Made by a program: the position numbers and the translations under genes
Virus record (IMG/VR): IMGVR_UViG_3300022305_000519
DNA: 38,429 nt
Strand: one strand, 5' to 3'
Source of the DNA: a virus
Part shown: one piece after another, positions 1-7,666 of the stretch
Layout: each line of letters opens with the position of its first letter
Position numbering within the stretch: the stretch's first letter is position 1
Notes under the pieces: model-generated
The model's input: only the letters and a program-made list of their open reading frames with translations
What the model was told of the DNA's origin: nothing
Databases searched by the model: none

Positions 1-238
1 TGCCTACCTGAGCGGTGCCAACCTGATCGGTGCTTACCTGAGCGGTGCCTACCTGCGCGGTGCTTACCTGCGCGGTGCCGACCTGAGCGGTGCTTACCTG
101 AGCGGTGCCAACCTGAGCGGTGCCAACCTGATCGGTGCTTACCTGAGCGGTGCCGACCTGCGCGGTGCCTACCTGCGCGGTGCCGACCTGAGCGGTGCTT
201 ACCTGAGCGGTGCTTACCTTGCGGGTGCCGAAAATGCA
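1..238 (+). repeat. 15-nt tandem repeat array encoding G-A-[Y/D/N]-L-[S/I/R] pentapeptides; continuation of the array at 38334-38429
   Basis: Direct reading: units ggtgc(c/t)-(t/g/a)ac-ctg-(agc/atc/cgc) repeat back to back with period 15. The array degenerates at about 224-238. Confidence 0.95.
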
Positions 239-559
239 GACTACGCAATCGCACAAACACGAATTCTTCCTGATGGTGATTTAATCGGATGGAAGAAATG
301 CAAAGATGGAGTTATCGTAAAACTCCGTATTCCTGAGTCTGCAAAGCGTAGCCATGCCTTTGGCCGAAAGTGTCGCACAGAATATGCCGATGTGCTGGAA
401 GTGTTTGGTGCAGAATTTGGCGTTGCAAAGCATGACGGGAAAACAGAATATCGCGTAGGAACTAGGGTTTATCCCAATAGCTTTTCTGATGACTGGCAAG
501 AAGAATGCGATCCTGGAATTCACTTTTTCATCACGCGAATCGAAGCGGAGAACTACTAA
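2..559 (+). CDS. Pentapeptide-repeat protein, C-terminal part (5'-partial in this window; N-terminus is 38217-38429). The C-terminal globular domain ends ...[17 protein letters not shown] (DUF5758-like)
   Basis: The frame starting at nt 2 stays open to TAA at 557-559. Translation reads [30 protein letters not shown]..., followed by about 105 aa of non-repeat sequence. The frame is continuous with 38217-38429 once the 52-nt end overlap is merged (about 239 aa joined). I recall the GIHFF-type C-terminal domain from viral and bacterial pentapeptide proteins; this is from memory, not a search. Confidence 0.85.
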   Translation, partial: AYLSGANLIGAYLSGAYLRGAYLRGADLSGAYLSGANLSGANLIGAYLSGADLRGAYLRGADLSGAYLSGAYLAGAENADYAIAQTRILPDGDLIGWKKCKDGVIVKLRIPESAKRSHAFGRKCRTEYADVLEVFGAEFGVAKHDGKTEYRVGTRVYPNSFSDDWQEECDPGIHFFITRIEAENY

Positions 560-849
560 TGAACAAACCAGTTACAGACGCAGAGCTAGACCAGTTCTAT
601 GGCCGTGAAGTTCAGCAATGGGAAATCAATGAAGCTATTGGCCGTCATGCACGGGCTTTTGATGAGGACGATCTTTATATGATCGTAAACGAAAACTTCA
701 CCAAGATTCTTGATTTGCTGCGAAACAGTCTAGCTGGGCAAGCTGGGCTCGTGATTGATGATGCAAGACGCGTTACCATCGCACGCCGCGCAAGCATGGA
801 GCTTTACGGAAAGCCTGACGTTATCAAACCTTCGGAGGTGACATTGTGA
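559..849 (+). CDS. Hypothetical protein (96 aa, [15 protein letters not shown]...)
   Basis: Internal ATG of tracked ORF 505-849. The ATG overlaps the upstream TAA (TAATG). Confidence 0.7.
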   Translation: MNKPVTDAELDQFYGREVQQWEINEAIGRHARAFDEDDLYMIVNENFTKILDLLRNSLAGQAGLVIDDARRVTIARRASMELYGKPDVIKPSEVTL

Positions 850-1022
850 AAGCATCCCACTACACCACTCCTCGCACTCTGGAAGATTGCCAGTTCGCAT
901 TGAATGCTGATCCTATCGAGCCATATGAACAGCAAGACGGCATGAGCAAGAAAGGCGTGATTGTCGTTCTTGCGCTTTCTGTAGTTCTTTCGTCTGTGCT
1001 TCTTTTTATGGTGAACGTATGA
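846..1022 (+). CDS. Small tail-anchored membrane protein (58 aa)
   Basis: GTG start overlaps the upstream TGA (GTGA), with GGAGG 7 nt upstream. C-terminal hydrophobic segment GVIVVLALSVVLSSVLLFMV. Confidence 0.55.
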   Translation: MKASHYTTPRTLEDCQFALNADPIEPYEQQDGMSKKGVIVVLALSVVLSSVLLFMVNV

Positions 1023-1120
1023 AGCAAAACTTTGACACGCTCTGGCTTTACATTGCAGTATGGTTTACTTTCTGCTCTGTAGGTCTTGCTTCTGTTTTTG
1101 CTTTGATGAATGGAGGTTGA
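1019..1120 (+). CDS. Small membrane protein (33 aa)
   Basis: ATGA overlap with the upstream stop. Hydrophobic core LWLYIAVWFTFCSVGLASVFAL. Too short for more than a tentative call. Confidence 0.4.
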   Translation: MKQNFDTLWLYIAVWFTFCSVGLASVFALMNGG

Positions 1121-1121
1121 T

Positions 1122-1274
1122 ATGGAATCAGGCAATCAGCAACAATTCCAGGCTGAAGTAATGGATGAGCTTCGGCAGCGCGAAGAAATGGACGAGCTAG
1201 ACAATCGGCAAGCTATGCTGGAAGAGCGGCGCAAGCAGGATGCAAAGATCATCGAACGTAAGGAAAAGAAATGA
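1122..1274 (+). CDS. Small charged coiled-coil protein (50 aa)
   Basis: GGAGG lies 5 nt upstream of the ATG. The stop overlaps the Erf start (ATGA). Confidence 0.5.
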   Translation: MESGNQQQFQAEVMDELRQREEMDELDNRQAMLEERRKQDAKIIERKEKK

Positions 1275-1936
1275 GCGTTTACAAAGCAATCAACAACGTA
1301 CAGGCCGCGCTATGCAAGATCGGCATTACAAAAGACGGTCGCAACACCCAAGGCGCAGGCTACAACTTTCGCGGCATTGATCAGGTCTACAACACACTGT
1401 CGCCGTTGCTTGCAGAGCATGGGCTGTGCATCCTTCCTCGCGTTGTTGGAAGCAACCAGACCGAGCGCCAAAGCTCTAAAGGCGGATTGCTGATTTACAG
1501 CTATGTGACGATGGAGTTTGACCTTGTTGCAACTAGCGACGGCAGCAAGCACACAATTTGCACTGTGGGCGAAGCGTTTGATTCAGGCGACAAGAGCATG
1601 AATAAGGCTATGTCTGCGGCCTACAAATACGCTGCATTCCAGGCGTTTGCAATCCCAACTGAGGGAGATAACGATGCAGACGCTCATACGCATGAGGTAG
1701 CGCCGCGCAAAGCGCCTATCATCCCTGCACGGCCTGTAATTGAGCTTGATCCTGAGACAGAAGCCTTCCTGCAAAACTTTTCATCCACATGCACTGATCT
1801 TGTAAAGCAAGGAAAAGCAAAAGAGGCATGGCAGTCTATTCAAGCCGCTGCGCTTGATGATGATCAAACCATTGCACTAGCAAACATGATGGATTCCGCA
1901 ACCCGTAACGCAATCAAGAAAGCAAAGGCAGAATAA
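1271..1936 (+). CDS. erf: ERF-family single-strand annealing recombinase
   Basis: The N-terminal block ...KIGITKDGRNTQGAGYNFRGIDQVYNTLSPLLAEHGL... and ...GDKSMNKAMSAAYKYAAFQAFAIPT are typical of the ERF superfamily. The gene sits directly upstream of SSB. Confidence 0.85.
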   Translation: MSVYKAINNVQAALCKIGITKDGRNTQGAGYNFRGIDQVYNTLSPLLAEHGLCILPRVVGSNQTERQSSKGGLLIYSYVTMEFDLVATSDGSKHTICTVGEAFDSGDKSMNKAMSAAYKYAAFQAFAIPTEGDNDADAHTHEVAPRKAPIIPARPVIELDPETEAFLQNFSSTCTDLVKQGKAKEAWQSIQAAALDDDQTIALANMMDSATRNAIKKAKAE

Positions 1937-2379
1937 TGGCATCCGTTAACAAAGTAATCCTGCTGGGCAATTGTGGCCGTGACCCTGAGTTACGCTACCT
2001 GCCTAGCGGCAAAGCAGCCTGCAATATCAGTATTGCCACTTCTAACAAGTGGAAGGACAAGGACGGCAATCCGCATGAGGAAACGCAGTGGCATCGCGTA
2101 CAGTTCTTTGACAAGCTGGCAGAGATTGCAGGCGAATACGTGAAAAAAGGCTCCCCAGTCTACGTAGAGGGTTCTATCAAGTACGGCAAATTCACCGACA
2201 AAGAAGGCTTCGAAAAGAACACCGTAGACATTATGGCGACCTCTCTGCAATTGCTTGGCAGTAAAGAGCCTGGCAGCAATGAATCTGCTAAGAAGCCTAG
2301 CCATGATGCAGCAAAGGCGCGTCAATTGCCAAAGCAAGGAAGCGGGTTCGAGGACATGAGTGATGACGTGCCTTGGTGA
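1936..2379 (+). CDS. ssb: Single-stranded DNA-binding protein
   Basis: OB-fold N-terminus MASVNKVILLGNCGRDPELRYLPSGKAACNISIATS...TQWHRVQFF, flexible linker, and an acidic C-terminal tip FEDMSDDVPW. Confidence 0.95.
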   Translation: MASVNKVILLGNCGRDPELRYLPSGKAACNISIATSNKWKDKDGNPHEETQWHRVQFFDKLAEIAGEYVKKGSPVYVEGSIKYGKFTDKEGFEKNTVDIMATSLQLLGSKEPGSNESAKKPSHDAAKARQLPKQGSGFEDMSDDVPW

Positions 2380-2419
2380 TCTGAACAACTGGAACGGCTG
2401 CAAAGCAAAGGAGCAACCA

Positions 2420-3223
2420 ATGAACAAGCCTGAACAACCCGATGCGCTGCGGCTGGCGGATGAGTACGTTGGCGCTGCAATTACTGCCCACGCAACAGGC
2501 GGTGAGTTTTATTATCGTAAGCGGGACGCAAAGAAAGCAGCACTTGAAGTCGAACTACGCCGCCTGCACGCAGAGAACGACCGTCTCCGCATCATCGCAG
2601 ACACCGACAAGGCCAGCGCAGATCACTGGCGTGCTGAGTGCGAGAAGCTGCGCCAATCGGTTGAGCCTGGGACAAAACTATACGCATCCCCACCCCTACA
2701 GGCAGACGCCAGCCAAGACGGATGCAACAACTGCCGAAACCCACTGTTCGCCGGGACAAAGTGCAAGAACTGCGGGAAAGTGTTTGAGCTGGCAGAGCAG
2801 CCCAAGGGCGGGGAGTCGGTGGCGTGGGCTGAGAGATACGCGAAGGTTCTTTTAAAGCTCAAAGACTCTCTTGCCGAAAGAGGCGGTCGTCCGGTCACCC
2901 CGGAGAAAGCTGCGCTGTGGGATGAGGCTTGGAGTGTTTACGAAAGCATGTTGGAGTGGGCGCATAACTCCCAGCAGCAGGCCGCATCCCCAGCAGCACC
3001 CGAGGCGTCAACTGTGGTGGAGCTGATGCGTGGCGTCTACCCGTACCCAGCAGCACCCCTACAGGTAGACGCCTGCAAGGTTCCGATGGAGGTGGTTACT
3101 TTCCTGCGTGGCGCTGGTACTCTGGATGGCGTTTGGTTTGGAAATCGGCATCCTACCGAACGAGGAGAGTTCTGGTGGCGCAAGTGGCTCTCAGCATCCC
3201 CAGCAGCACCTACACAGGAATAA
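2420..3223 (+). CDS. Modular hypothetical protein (267 aa): N-terminal coiled coil, CxxC...CxxC zinc ribbon, and repeated ASP(AA)PLQxDA linkers
   Basis: Internal ATG of tracked ORF 2360-3223, with AGGAG 7 nt upstream. Contains CNNCRNPLFAGTKCKNCGK. The linker peptides are encoded by dispersed DNA repeats. Confidence 0.75.
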   Translation: MNKPEQPDALRLADEYVGAAITAHATGGEFYYRKRDAKKAALEVELRRLHAENDRLRIIADTDKASADHWRAECEKLRQSVEPGTKLYASPPLQADASQDGCNNCRNPLFAGTKCKNCGKVFELAEQPKGGESVAWAERYAKVLLKLKDSLAERGGRPVTPEKAALWDEAWSVYESMLEWAHNSQQQAASPAAPEASTVVELMRGVYPYPAAPLQVDACKVPMEVVTFLRGAGTLDGVWFGNRHPTERGEFWWRKWLSASPAAPTQE

Positions 3224-3245
3224 AAAAGCCCCCTTAATTGGGGGC
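3222..3245 (-). terminator. Intrinsic terminator at the convergence point of the plus-strand and minus-strand operons
   Basis: Stem gccccc (3228-3233) / gggggc (3240-3245) with loop ttaatt. On the minus strand the stem is followed by TTTTTT (3227-3222). On the plus strand it is preceded by an A-run, so it may act in both directions. Confidence 0.75.
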
Positions 3246-3264
3246 CAAGTCTTTCGGCAACTGC

Positions 3265-3714
3265 TCATTTAGGCCATGCTTGAATCAAGGTTTGTCGCTC
3301 TGATTCAACTCGGTCAAGCGTTTCTGCCAAGCCAGTAATTTCTGTCGCGCACTGTCCGAATAGCTCTGAGACTGCTTTGCTTCGCTCACGGGTGGCATTG
3401 CAGGACTCGGAGGGCATTCTGTCGATGCCGTTAGCGAGTTCGAGGCGCAGCCGGTCAAGCTGATAGCGAGAATCAGCAGCATCAATCCTGAGTTGAGTTT
3501 CACGCTTCTTAGCTGCATTGAGTGCCTCGTCTTTCTTTGCTTGCAATCTATCCTGTTCGCGCTGTGCTGCTTCAAATAGCTTATGCGCTGCTTCGGATTG
3601 CTCAAACTTCATCGCTTCGATCTGCTCACCATATCTCCACGACTGCGCCTGCCATGCACCAGCAAAAGCGATTGCAGCTCCTAGAAAGCTAGCTGCTAGA
3701 TGGGTGTAGATCAA
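3265..3714 (-). CDS. i-spanin (Rz-like)
   Basis: N-terminal TM segment LAASFLGAAIAFAGAW, then a long charged coiled coil. It is the last gene of the lysis cassette and contains an embedded lipoprotein ORF. The TTG start overlaps the upstream TGA. Confidence 0.75.
   Translation of the reverse strand: MIYTHLAASFLGAAIAFAGAWQAQSWRYGEQIEAMKFEQSEAAHKLFEAAQREQDRLQAKKDEALNAAKKRETQLRIDAADSRYQLDRLRLELANGIDRMPSESCNATRERSKAVSELFGQCATEITGLAETLDRVESERQTLIQAWPK
3285..3518 (-). CDS. o-spanin (Rz1-like lipoprotein), fully embedded in the i-spanin gene in another frame
   Basis: Internal ATG of tracked ORF 3285-3605 gives MQLRSVKLNSGLMLLILAISLTGCASNS.... This has a signal peptide plus the lipobox LTGC, followed by a Pro-rich short mature part. 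Confidence 0.7.
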   Translation of the reverse strand: MQLRSVKLNSGLMLLILAISLTGCASNSLTASTECPPSPAMPPVSEAKQSQSYSDSARQKLLAWQKRLTELNQSDKP

Positions 3715-3860
3715 GGCTTGTATCCTGGTGTTTCAGGCTCTGGATAGACCGGCCTGCTATCGTATCGCTCTGTAACTTTGCTTTCCTCGTTACGCCATTT
3801 CCATAGTTCTCGTTGCAGTTGATGGCGAAGGCGTTTTCTGGTGTAGCGTTTCAGAGTCAT
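3711..3860 (-). CDS. Small basic protein (49 aa) between the endolysin and the spanins
   Basis: The ATG overlaps the endolysin TGA (TGATG) and the stop overlaps the spanin TTG start. No recognisable motif. Confidence 0.35.
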   Translation of the reverse strand: MTLKRYTRKRLRHQLQRELWKWRNEESKVTERYDSRPVYPEPETPGYKP

Positions 3861-4258
3861 CAGGCATAACTCCATAGTCCTGGTCTAGGCATTGTAGGAG
3901 AACTTTCGCAGGTATCAAGGTGAATAAATCTTCCTGATCCTTTTTGCTGAATGCCGATGCCTGTAAAACCTTGAGCGAGAGCGAGTTTAAGCAGCCTGTA
4001 AGCGTCTTTTCCTTGTACTGCTACGTCACACGCCTTACCTGTCGTATGAGCGCCTGTAGTGGCTTTCTTGGCCTCTATGGGGTGTGTCTTGTCCCTGTAC
4101 CCGCTGGTGATAGTCATTGAGCTACCATAGGCTAGGCGAAGTGCCAGCAGCTTGGACATGAATTCGTTGTCCATCTCGCACTTACCAGAGTGCTTACAGC
4201 GGAATTCGTACTCTCGAAAGTACGGAGCGTAATCAGCCCAATCTACCGTACTTTTCAT
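3860..4258 (-). CDS. Endolysin, peptidase M15-type (zinc D-Ala-D-Ala carboxypeptidase-like fold)
   Basis: EFRCKHSGKCEMDNEFMSKLLALRLAYGSSMTITSGYRD...GAHTTGKACDV matches the M15A/M15_3 pattern (SGYR ... H..G.A.D). Located in the lysis cassette. Confidence 0.8.
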   Translation of the reverse strand: MKSTVDWADYAPYFREYEFRCKHSGKCEMDNEFMSKLLALRLAYGSSMTITSGYRDKTHPIEAKKATTGAHTTGKACDVAVQGKDAYRLLKLALAQGFTGIGIQQKGSGRFIHLDTCESSPTMPRPGLWSYA

Positions 4259-4568
4259 TCAGGAATTCCTTAACGTGCATTCCACGAAACCAGAGCCATA
4301 GCCAGAAAGAAAACATGGACATGATTGCAATCATGATCGAGTCAAGCAATATGCGCATATCTCCGTGGAAAGCAGCCGCCATCATCCAAGCAGAAGACCC
4401 TACAGTACACATGATGAAAATCATGACGATGTTAGGTGAGCTTGTCGGTGCTGCTGTGGCCATGCTCATGAAGTGAGCAAACATCGCGGCTCCAATGATG
4501 AAAACCATCAACCGATGGAAGAAAAATGATGGCAATACATCTTGCCATGTAACGAATAGTTCATTCAT
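4233..4568 (-). CDS. Multi-pass membrane protein, holin or antiholin candidate (111 aa)
   Basis: The ATG at 4568 overlaps the upstream TGA (ATGA), with GAGGTGG upstream. The tracked ORF begins at a GTG at 4580. Three or four hydrophobic segments. Confidence 0.6.
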   Translation of the reverse strand: MNELFVTWQDVLPSFFFHRLMVFIIGAAMFAHFMSMATAAPTSSPNIVMIFIMCTVGSSAWMMAAAFHGDMRILLDSIMIAIMSMFSFWLWLWFRGMHVKEFLNEKYGRLG

Positions 4569-4939
4569 TTTTTCAACCACCTCTTGACAGCGTAATCAGC
4601 CAGGAACGGGAAAAGCAAAGCAATCACGAAAGCCGACAAGTAGATAGTAGGCTTAGGATAGTCAAAATGCAAAACAATATTCGGCAAGTAAGGCCCTGCA
4701 AGACCACCTAGGAATACAGAGATGATCCCATTTCCTATAGCTGATCGGCGGCTTTTCTCTTCAATCTTGAAGTAAGCCCCTGCTGCCCCAGCCCCAGCAA
4801 CCGCCCATGTAACTGGATCAAATCCAAGAGAAGGTGCGATAACAGCAGCCGTAACACCTGTAGCAAGTGCAGCGCCAACAGCGTGTTTAGATGCCACTAG
4901 TGAGGCGAAAAGGATCATTAGTTTGCTTCTCAATGTCAT
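4565..4939 (-). CDS. Multi-pass membrane protein, holin candidate (124 aa)
   Basis: Hydrophobic segments LMILFASLVAS.., GVTAAVIAPSLGF, WAVAGAGAAGAYF, GIISVFLGGLAG and YLSAFVIALLFPFL. ATGA overlap with the upstream gene. Confidence 0.6.
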   Translation of the reverse strand: MTLRSKLMILFASLVASKHAVGAALATGVTAAVIAPSLGFDPVTWAVAGAGAAGAYFKIEEKSRRSAIGNGIISVFLGGLAGPYLPNIVLHFDYPKPTIYLSAFVIALLFPFLADYAVKRWLKK

Positions 4940-5421
4940 TCCCGCCCCTTAAAGAAATCTTCGGTTACATCGTATCCAATTGTAGCCAAAATGGCCGCAA
5001 ACTGAGAAGGGCCGAATATGTGCGCGTCCTTCAGAAATGGAGCGCCTACAGCCTGATTACAGAAGTATTGACCGCCTTGTGATAGCTGGGCAGGTATGGC
5101 TGTTGCGAACGCTCCTAGCGTGTTATACGGCGCTCCCTGATGCTCTTTGAACCACTGGCAGGCTGTTTGCTTGTTCCACGGCGTTTGGAAGATGATCCAA
5201 TGATCAGGATTAAGCCGGACGTTTTTCTTGATCCGCACGCCACCTTCACGCAGGCTAGAACTGCCAATATCTACCGTACCATTGTCATGCTCTTTAAGGA
5301 TAGCTTCTACATGGGTGACGCGCCAATACTCGCCCTTCTGGACAAGTCGAGTAGCCCACCATCCTAGACGGACTAGCGGCGTATCTTTAGAGTGGTCGCC
5401 AATGAAACAAGCAACGAACAT
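4936..5421 (-). CDS. Putative permuted papain-fold (YiiX/NlpC-P60-like) hydrolase; possible second cell-wall hydrolase
   Basis: A His-containing block (WRVTHVEAIL) precedes a Cys block (GQYFCNQAV), the order expected for permuted papain-like amidases. Located in the lysis cassette. Family assignment is tentative. Confidence 0.45.
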   Translation of the reverse strand: MFVACFIGDHSKDTPLVRLGWWATRLVQKGEYWRVTHVEAILKEHDNGTVDIGSSSLREGGVRIKKNVRLNPDHWIIFQTPWNKQTACQWFKEHQGAPYNTLGAFATAIPAQLSQGGQYFCNQAVGAPFLKDAHIFGPSQFAAILATIGYDVTEDFFKGRE

Positions 5422-5630
5422 AGCTTAGTCCAGACGTTATCAAAAATAACTCTTAGCTTGTAGAGCCAAACCACTCGCAATACAAGAAGCAATAGCGATA
5501 CTAGACCGCTTTGCATATGGCTTACATTTGCGCCGACAAGCATATACAGAAAAGGGATAGCAGCAATATTGAAAAGAAGTATTCCTAAAGATGCTATGAA
5601 CGCTTCTGTAAGATGCTTTTTGTTCAGCAT
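5373..5630 (-). CDS. Small two-TM membrane protein (85 aa)
   Basis: The ATG overlaps the upstream TAA (TAATG). TM segments AFIASLGILLFNIAAIPFLYMLVG and GLVSLLLLVLRVVWLY. The 3' end overlaps the next gene by 49 nt. Confidence 0.5.
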   Translation of the reverse strand: MLNKKHLTEAFIASLGILLFNIAAIPFLYMLVGANVSHMQSGLVSLLLLVLRVVWLYKLRVIFDNVWTKLCSLLVSLATTLKIRR

Positions 5631-6094
5631 TAGATAGGCTCTTCAGTCCAGAGGAAAGTAACAAACAGAGGCTTTCCGTACAAGGTGCTACGCACAAACA
5701 AACTATTCCCTTGGCCTAGCAGAATAGGAAACTCCAATTCAACTAGTTTACCTCCTAGGTTTTCATTATTCCAGATTTGTCCACCGTCATACTCTGGGCC
5801 TACTTTGATTTCATTGCGGGCATGAGCCGATGAATATGGACGTTGAGCGCCATCAATCAAAGGAAGGCCGCGAGACTCTCCAAATGATGCGCCAGTCATC
5901 ATCGGGCCACCGCGAAGACAGACGGTAAACCCATCACTGCAAGATACCCACATCTTATTCAATCGCGCCCTATGGGTTGAATCGATAGGCACATACAACT
6001 CACAATGCGCCCGAGCAAGCTGCCCTGTATTGCCTTGTACGTTGTTAATCTGATCTTGCGTAATGAACGCTGGGCGCATGAATTGCTGTGTCAT
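5630..6094 (-). CDS. Hypothetical protein downstream of the tail fibres (154 aa)
   Basis: Internal ATG (MTQQFMRPAF...) of tracked ORF 5630-6151. It starts next to the stop of the upstream gene. Confidence 0.65.
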   Translation of the reverse strand: MTQQFMRPAFITQDQINNVQGNTGQLARAHCELYVPIDSTHRARLNKMWVSCSDGFTVCLRGGPMMTGASFGESRGLPLIDGAQRPYSSAHARNEIKVGPEYDGGQIWNNENLGGKLVELEFPILLGQGNSLFVRSTLYGKPLFVTFLWTEEPI

Positions 6095-6095
6095 A

Positions 6096-6584
6096 TTAAA
6101 TCCTGTAGGTTCCAGAAACACGGAAAATAGAAGTACCTGCCAAATCAGCAACTGTTAAAGCATTAGCTCCACCAGCAGTAAAACGAAATAATCTGATTGT
6201 CGATGTATTTTCAACATTATCAGCCATTAATGCTGTAGTAGCTGTAGCCGCAAGATTTGTAGCTGTTACAGAAAATGCCGCCTTGTTGTTTGTAGCGCTA
6301 TTGCTGTTAAATGGAAGATTTGCAATAGTCACACTACCAGCAGCAAGCGTACCTAATGTAGCAAGCTGCACATTACATACAAAATGAATAAAACTTCCTA
6401 CTCTTTCATAGTATCCATACTGAACTGAATATGTAGGAGTGCCACCTCCAGAGCTAACAACTGTTGGAGTAAATGTGTTTTCTTCAAAATCTGGCTTTTC
6501 GTTAACTATAGTTGCAATATCTCGATACCATCGAGCAGTCTCTGCATCGACGTTTTGCCTGGGAGTTACGTTTAGCTTCTTCAT
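6096..6584 (-). CDS. Tail-fibre-associated protein (162 aa)
   Basis: Thr/Ala/Ser/Asn-rich, beta-like composition. ATGA-type coupling to the 360-aa fibre gene. Confidence 0.6.
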   Translation of the reverse strand: MKKLNVTPRQNVDAETARWYRDIATIVNEKPDFEENTFTPTVVSSGGGTPTYSVQYGYYERVGSFIHFVCNVQLATLGTLAAGSVTIANLPFNSNSATNNKAAFSVTATNLAATATTALMADNVENTSTIRLFRFTAGGANALTVADLAGTSIFRVSGTYRI

Positions 6585-7666
6585 TAAACCTGATATTCAG
6601 TGATTCGGATAAACGAATTAATCACGCCACCCAATTGACGAGCCGATGATGCTCCATTAAATGTAGTTGTACCTGCGCTGCTAGAACCAGCACGAATTTT
6701 AAACGTAGTCGCCGAAGTTGTACCAGCTACCATAGTATGTGAAAGAGTCAAACCAGCAGGGAAAGTACCGCCAATACCTGCATATGTTGCAACAGACAAT
6801 GCATTTGCGGTAGTATCTTGAAACAAGGCCATGATAAATGCAGGCCCTGCTGAATGTGAGAAATTACCACATGCATCAATAACAAGAATATTACTTGAAT
6901 TAGTTGGAGTAATTGCCAAAGTCATATACTCGTTACCCTCAGTATTTTGAGGGATAGTATCGTCTGCTGGAATAGTAGTAGTACCAGTTCCTACAGCTCC
7001 AGTAATTGAGTAAACAGTTTGTTTAATTACCTTAGCAGTAGTCCAAGTGGGAGCAGATGTGCCACCACTTGTAAAAAATTGACCGCTGGTTCCAGCAGCA
7101 AGAAAAGCCGTATTATCAGTTGACGTTTGATAGGCAATTTGCCCGCCAGCACCACCGGCAATATTTGTCGCTTTTGTTGCAGTGGTTGCAGTAGTTACAC
7201 TTGTTGCTGATGTTGCAGTATTCGCAGCACCGGGCGCAAGGCTTTTAACCATGTAGCTAACTACATTCCATCCATTAGGCGTACTGTTTGGAATTGCTAC
7301 ACAAGAATCTCCTGCTGCTGTCGTAATATTTGCGCTACCTGGGAGATTCAGAGTAGTAGCATTATGCGTCAGCGTAAGAGCGCCAGTAAATCGAATAAAT
7401 CTAGGCCCGTTATATGTCGTACCAAAACTTGTAATAGTAGTTGTACCGCTAATCTCAACAAACATGGCATTCTGTGCTCCAATGTCTGTCGTAGTCGCAG
7501 AGGCAAGCGTTACTTGGTCTGTAAAGCCTTTACCATCACGAAGGGTAGCGATAAACGCAGCGTATTGGCGTAGGTAGTTATCGGCAGTGATAGGGCTCTC
7601 GGAACCTGCCGGGCTGTTGCTGGATTCTGTTTGCGAAAGATCGCTGATTGCGCTAGGTACGGGCAT
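6584..7666 (-). CDS. Tail fibre or receptor-binding protein (360 aa)
   Basis: N-terminus MPVPSAISDLSQTESSNSPAG..., then long Thr/Ala/Gly/Ser-rich beta-type sequence. Its position follows the ejection-protein-like genes. Confidence 0.65.
   Translation of the reverse strand: MPVPSAISDLSQTESSNSPAGSESPITADNYLRQYAAFIATLRDGKGFTDQVTLASATTTDIGAQNAMFVEISGTTTITSFGTTYNGPRFIRFTGALTLTHNATTLNLPGSANITTAAGDSCVAIPNSTPNGWNVVSYMVKSLAPGAANTATSATSVTTATTATKATNIAGGAGGQIAYQTSTDNTAFLAAGTSGQFFTSGGTSAPTWTTAKVIKQTVYSITGAVGTGTTTIPADDTIPQNTEGNEYMTLAITPTNSSNILVIDACGNFSHSAGPAFIMALFQDTTANALSVATYAGIGGTFPAGLTLSHTMVAGTTSATTFKIRAGSSSAGTTTFNGASSARQLGGVINSFIRITEYQV

Noticed and set aside
1-52. Treating the 52-nt end identity as a true physical direct terminal repeat
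   Set aside because: The identity lies inside a tandem array and is in phase with a gene that spans the junction. This fits an assembly overlap of a circular or permuted sequence better than defined termini. It cannot be settled without reads.
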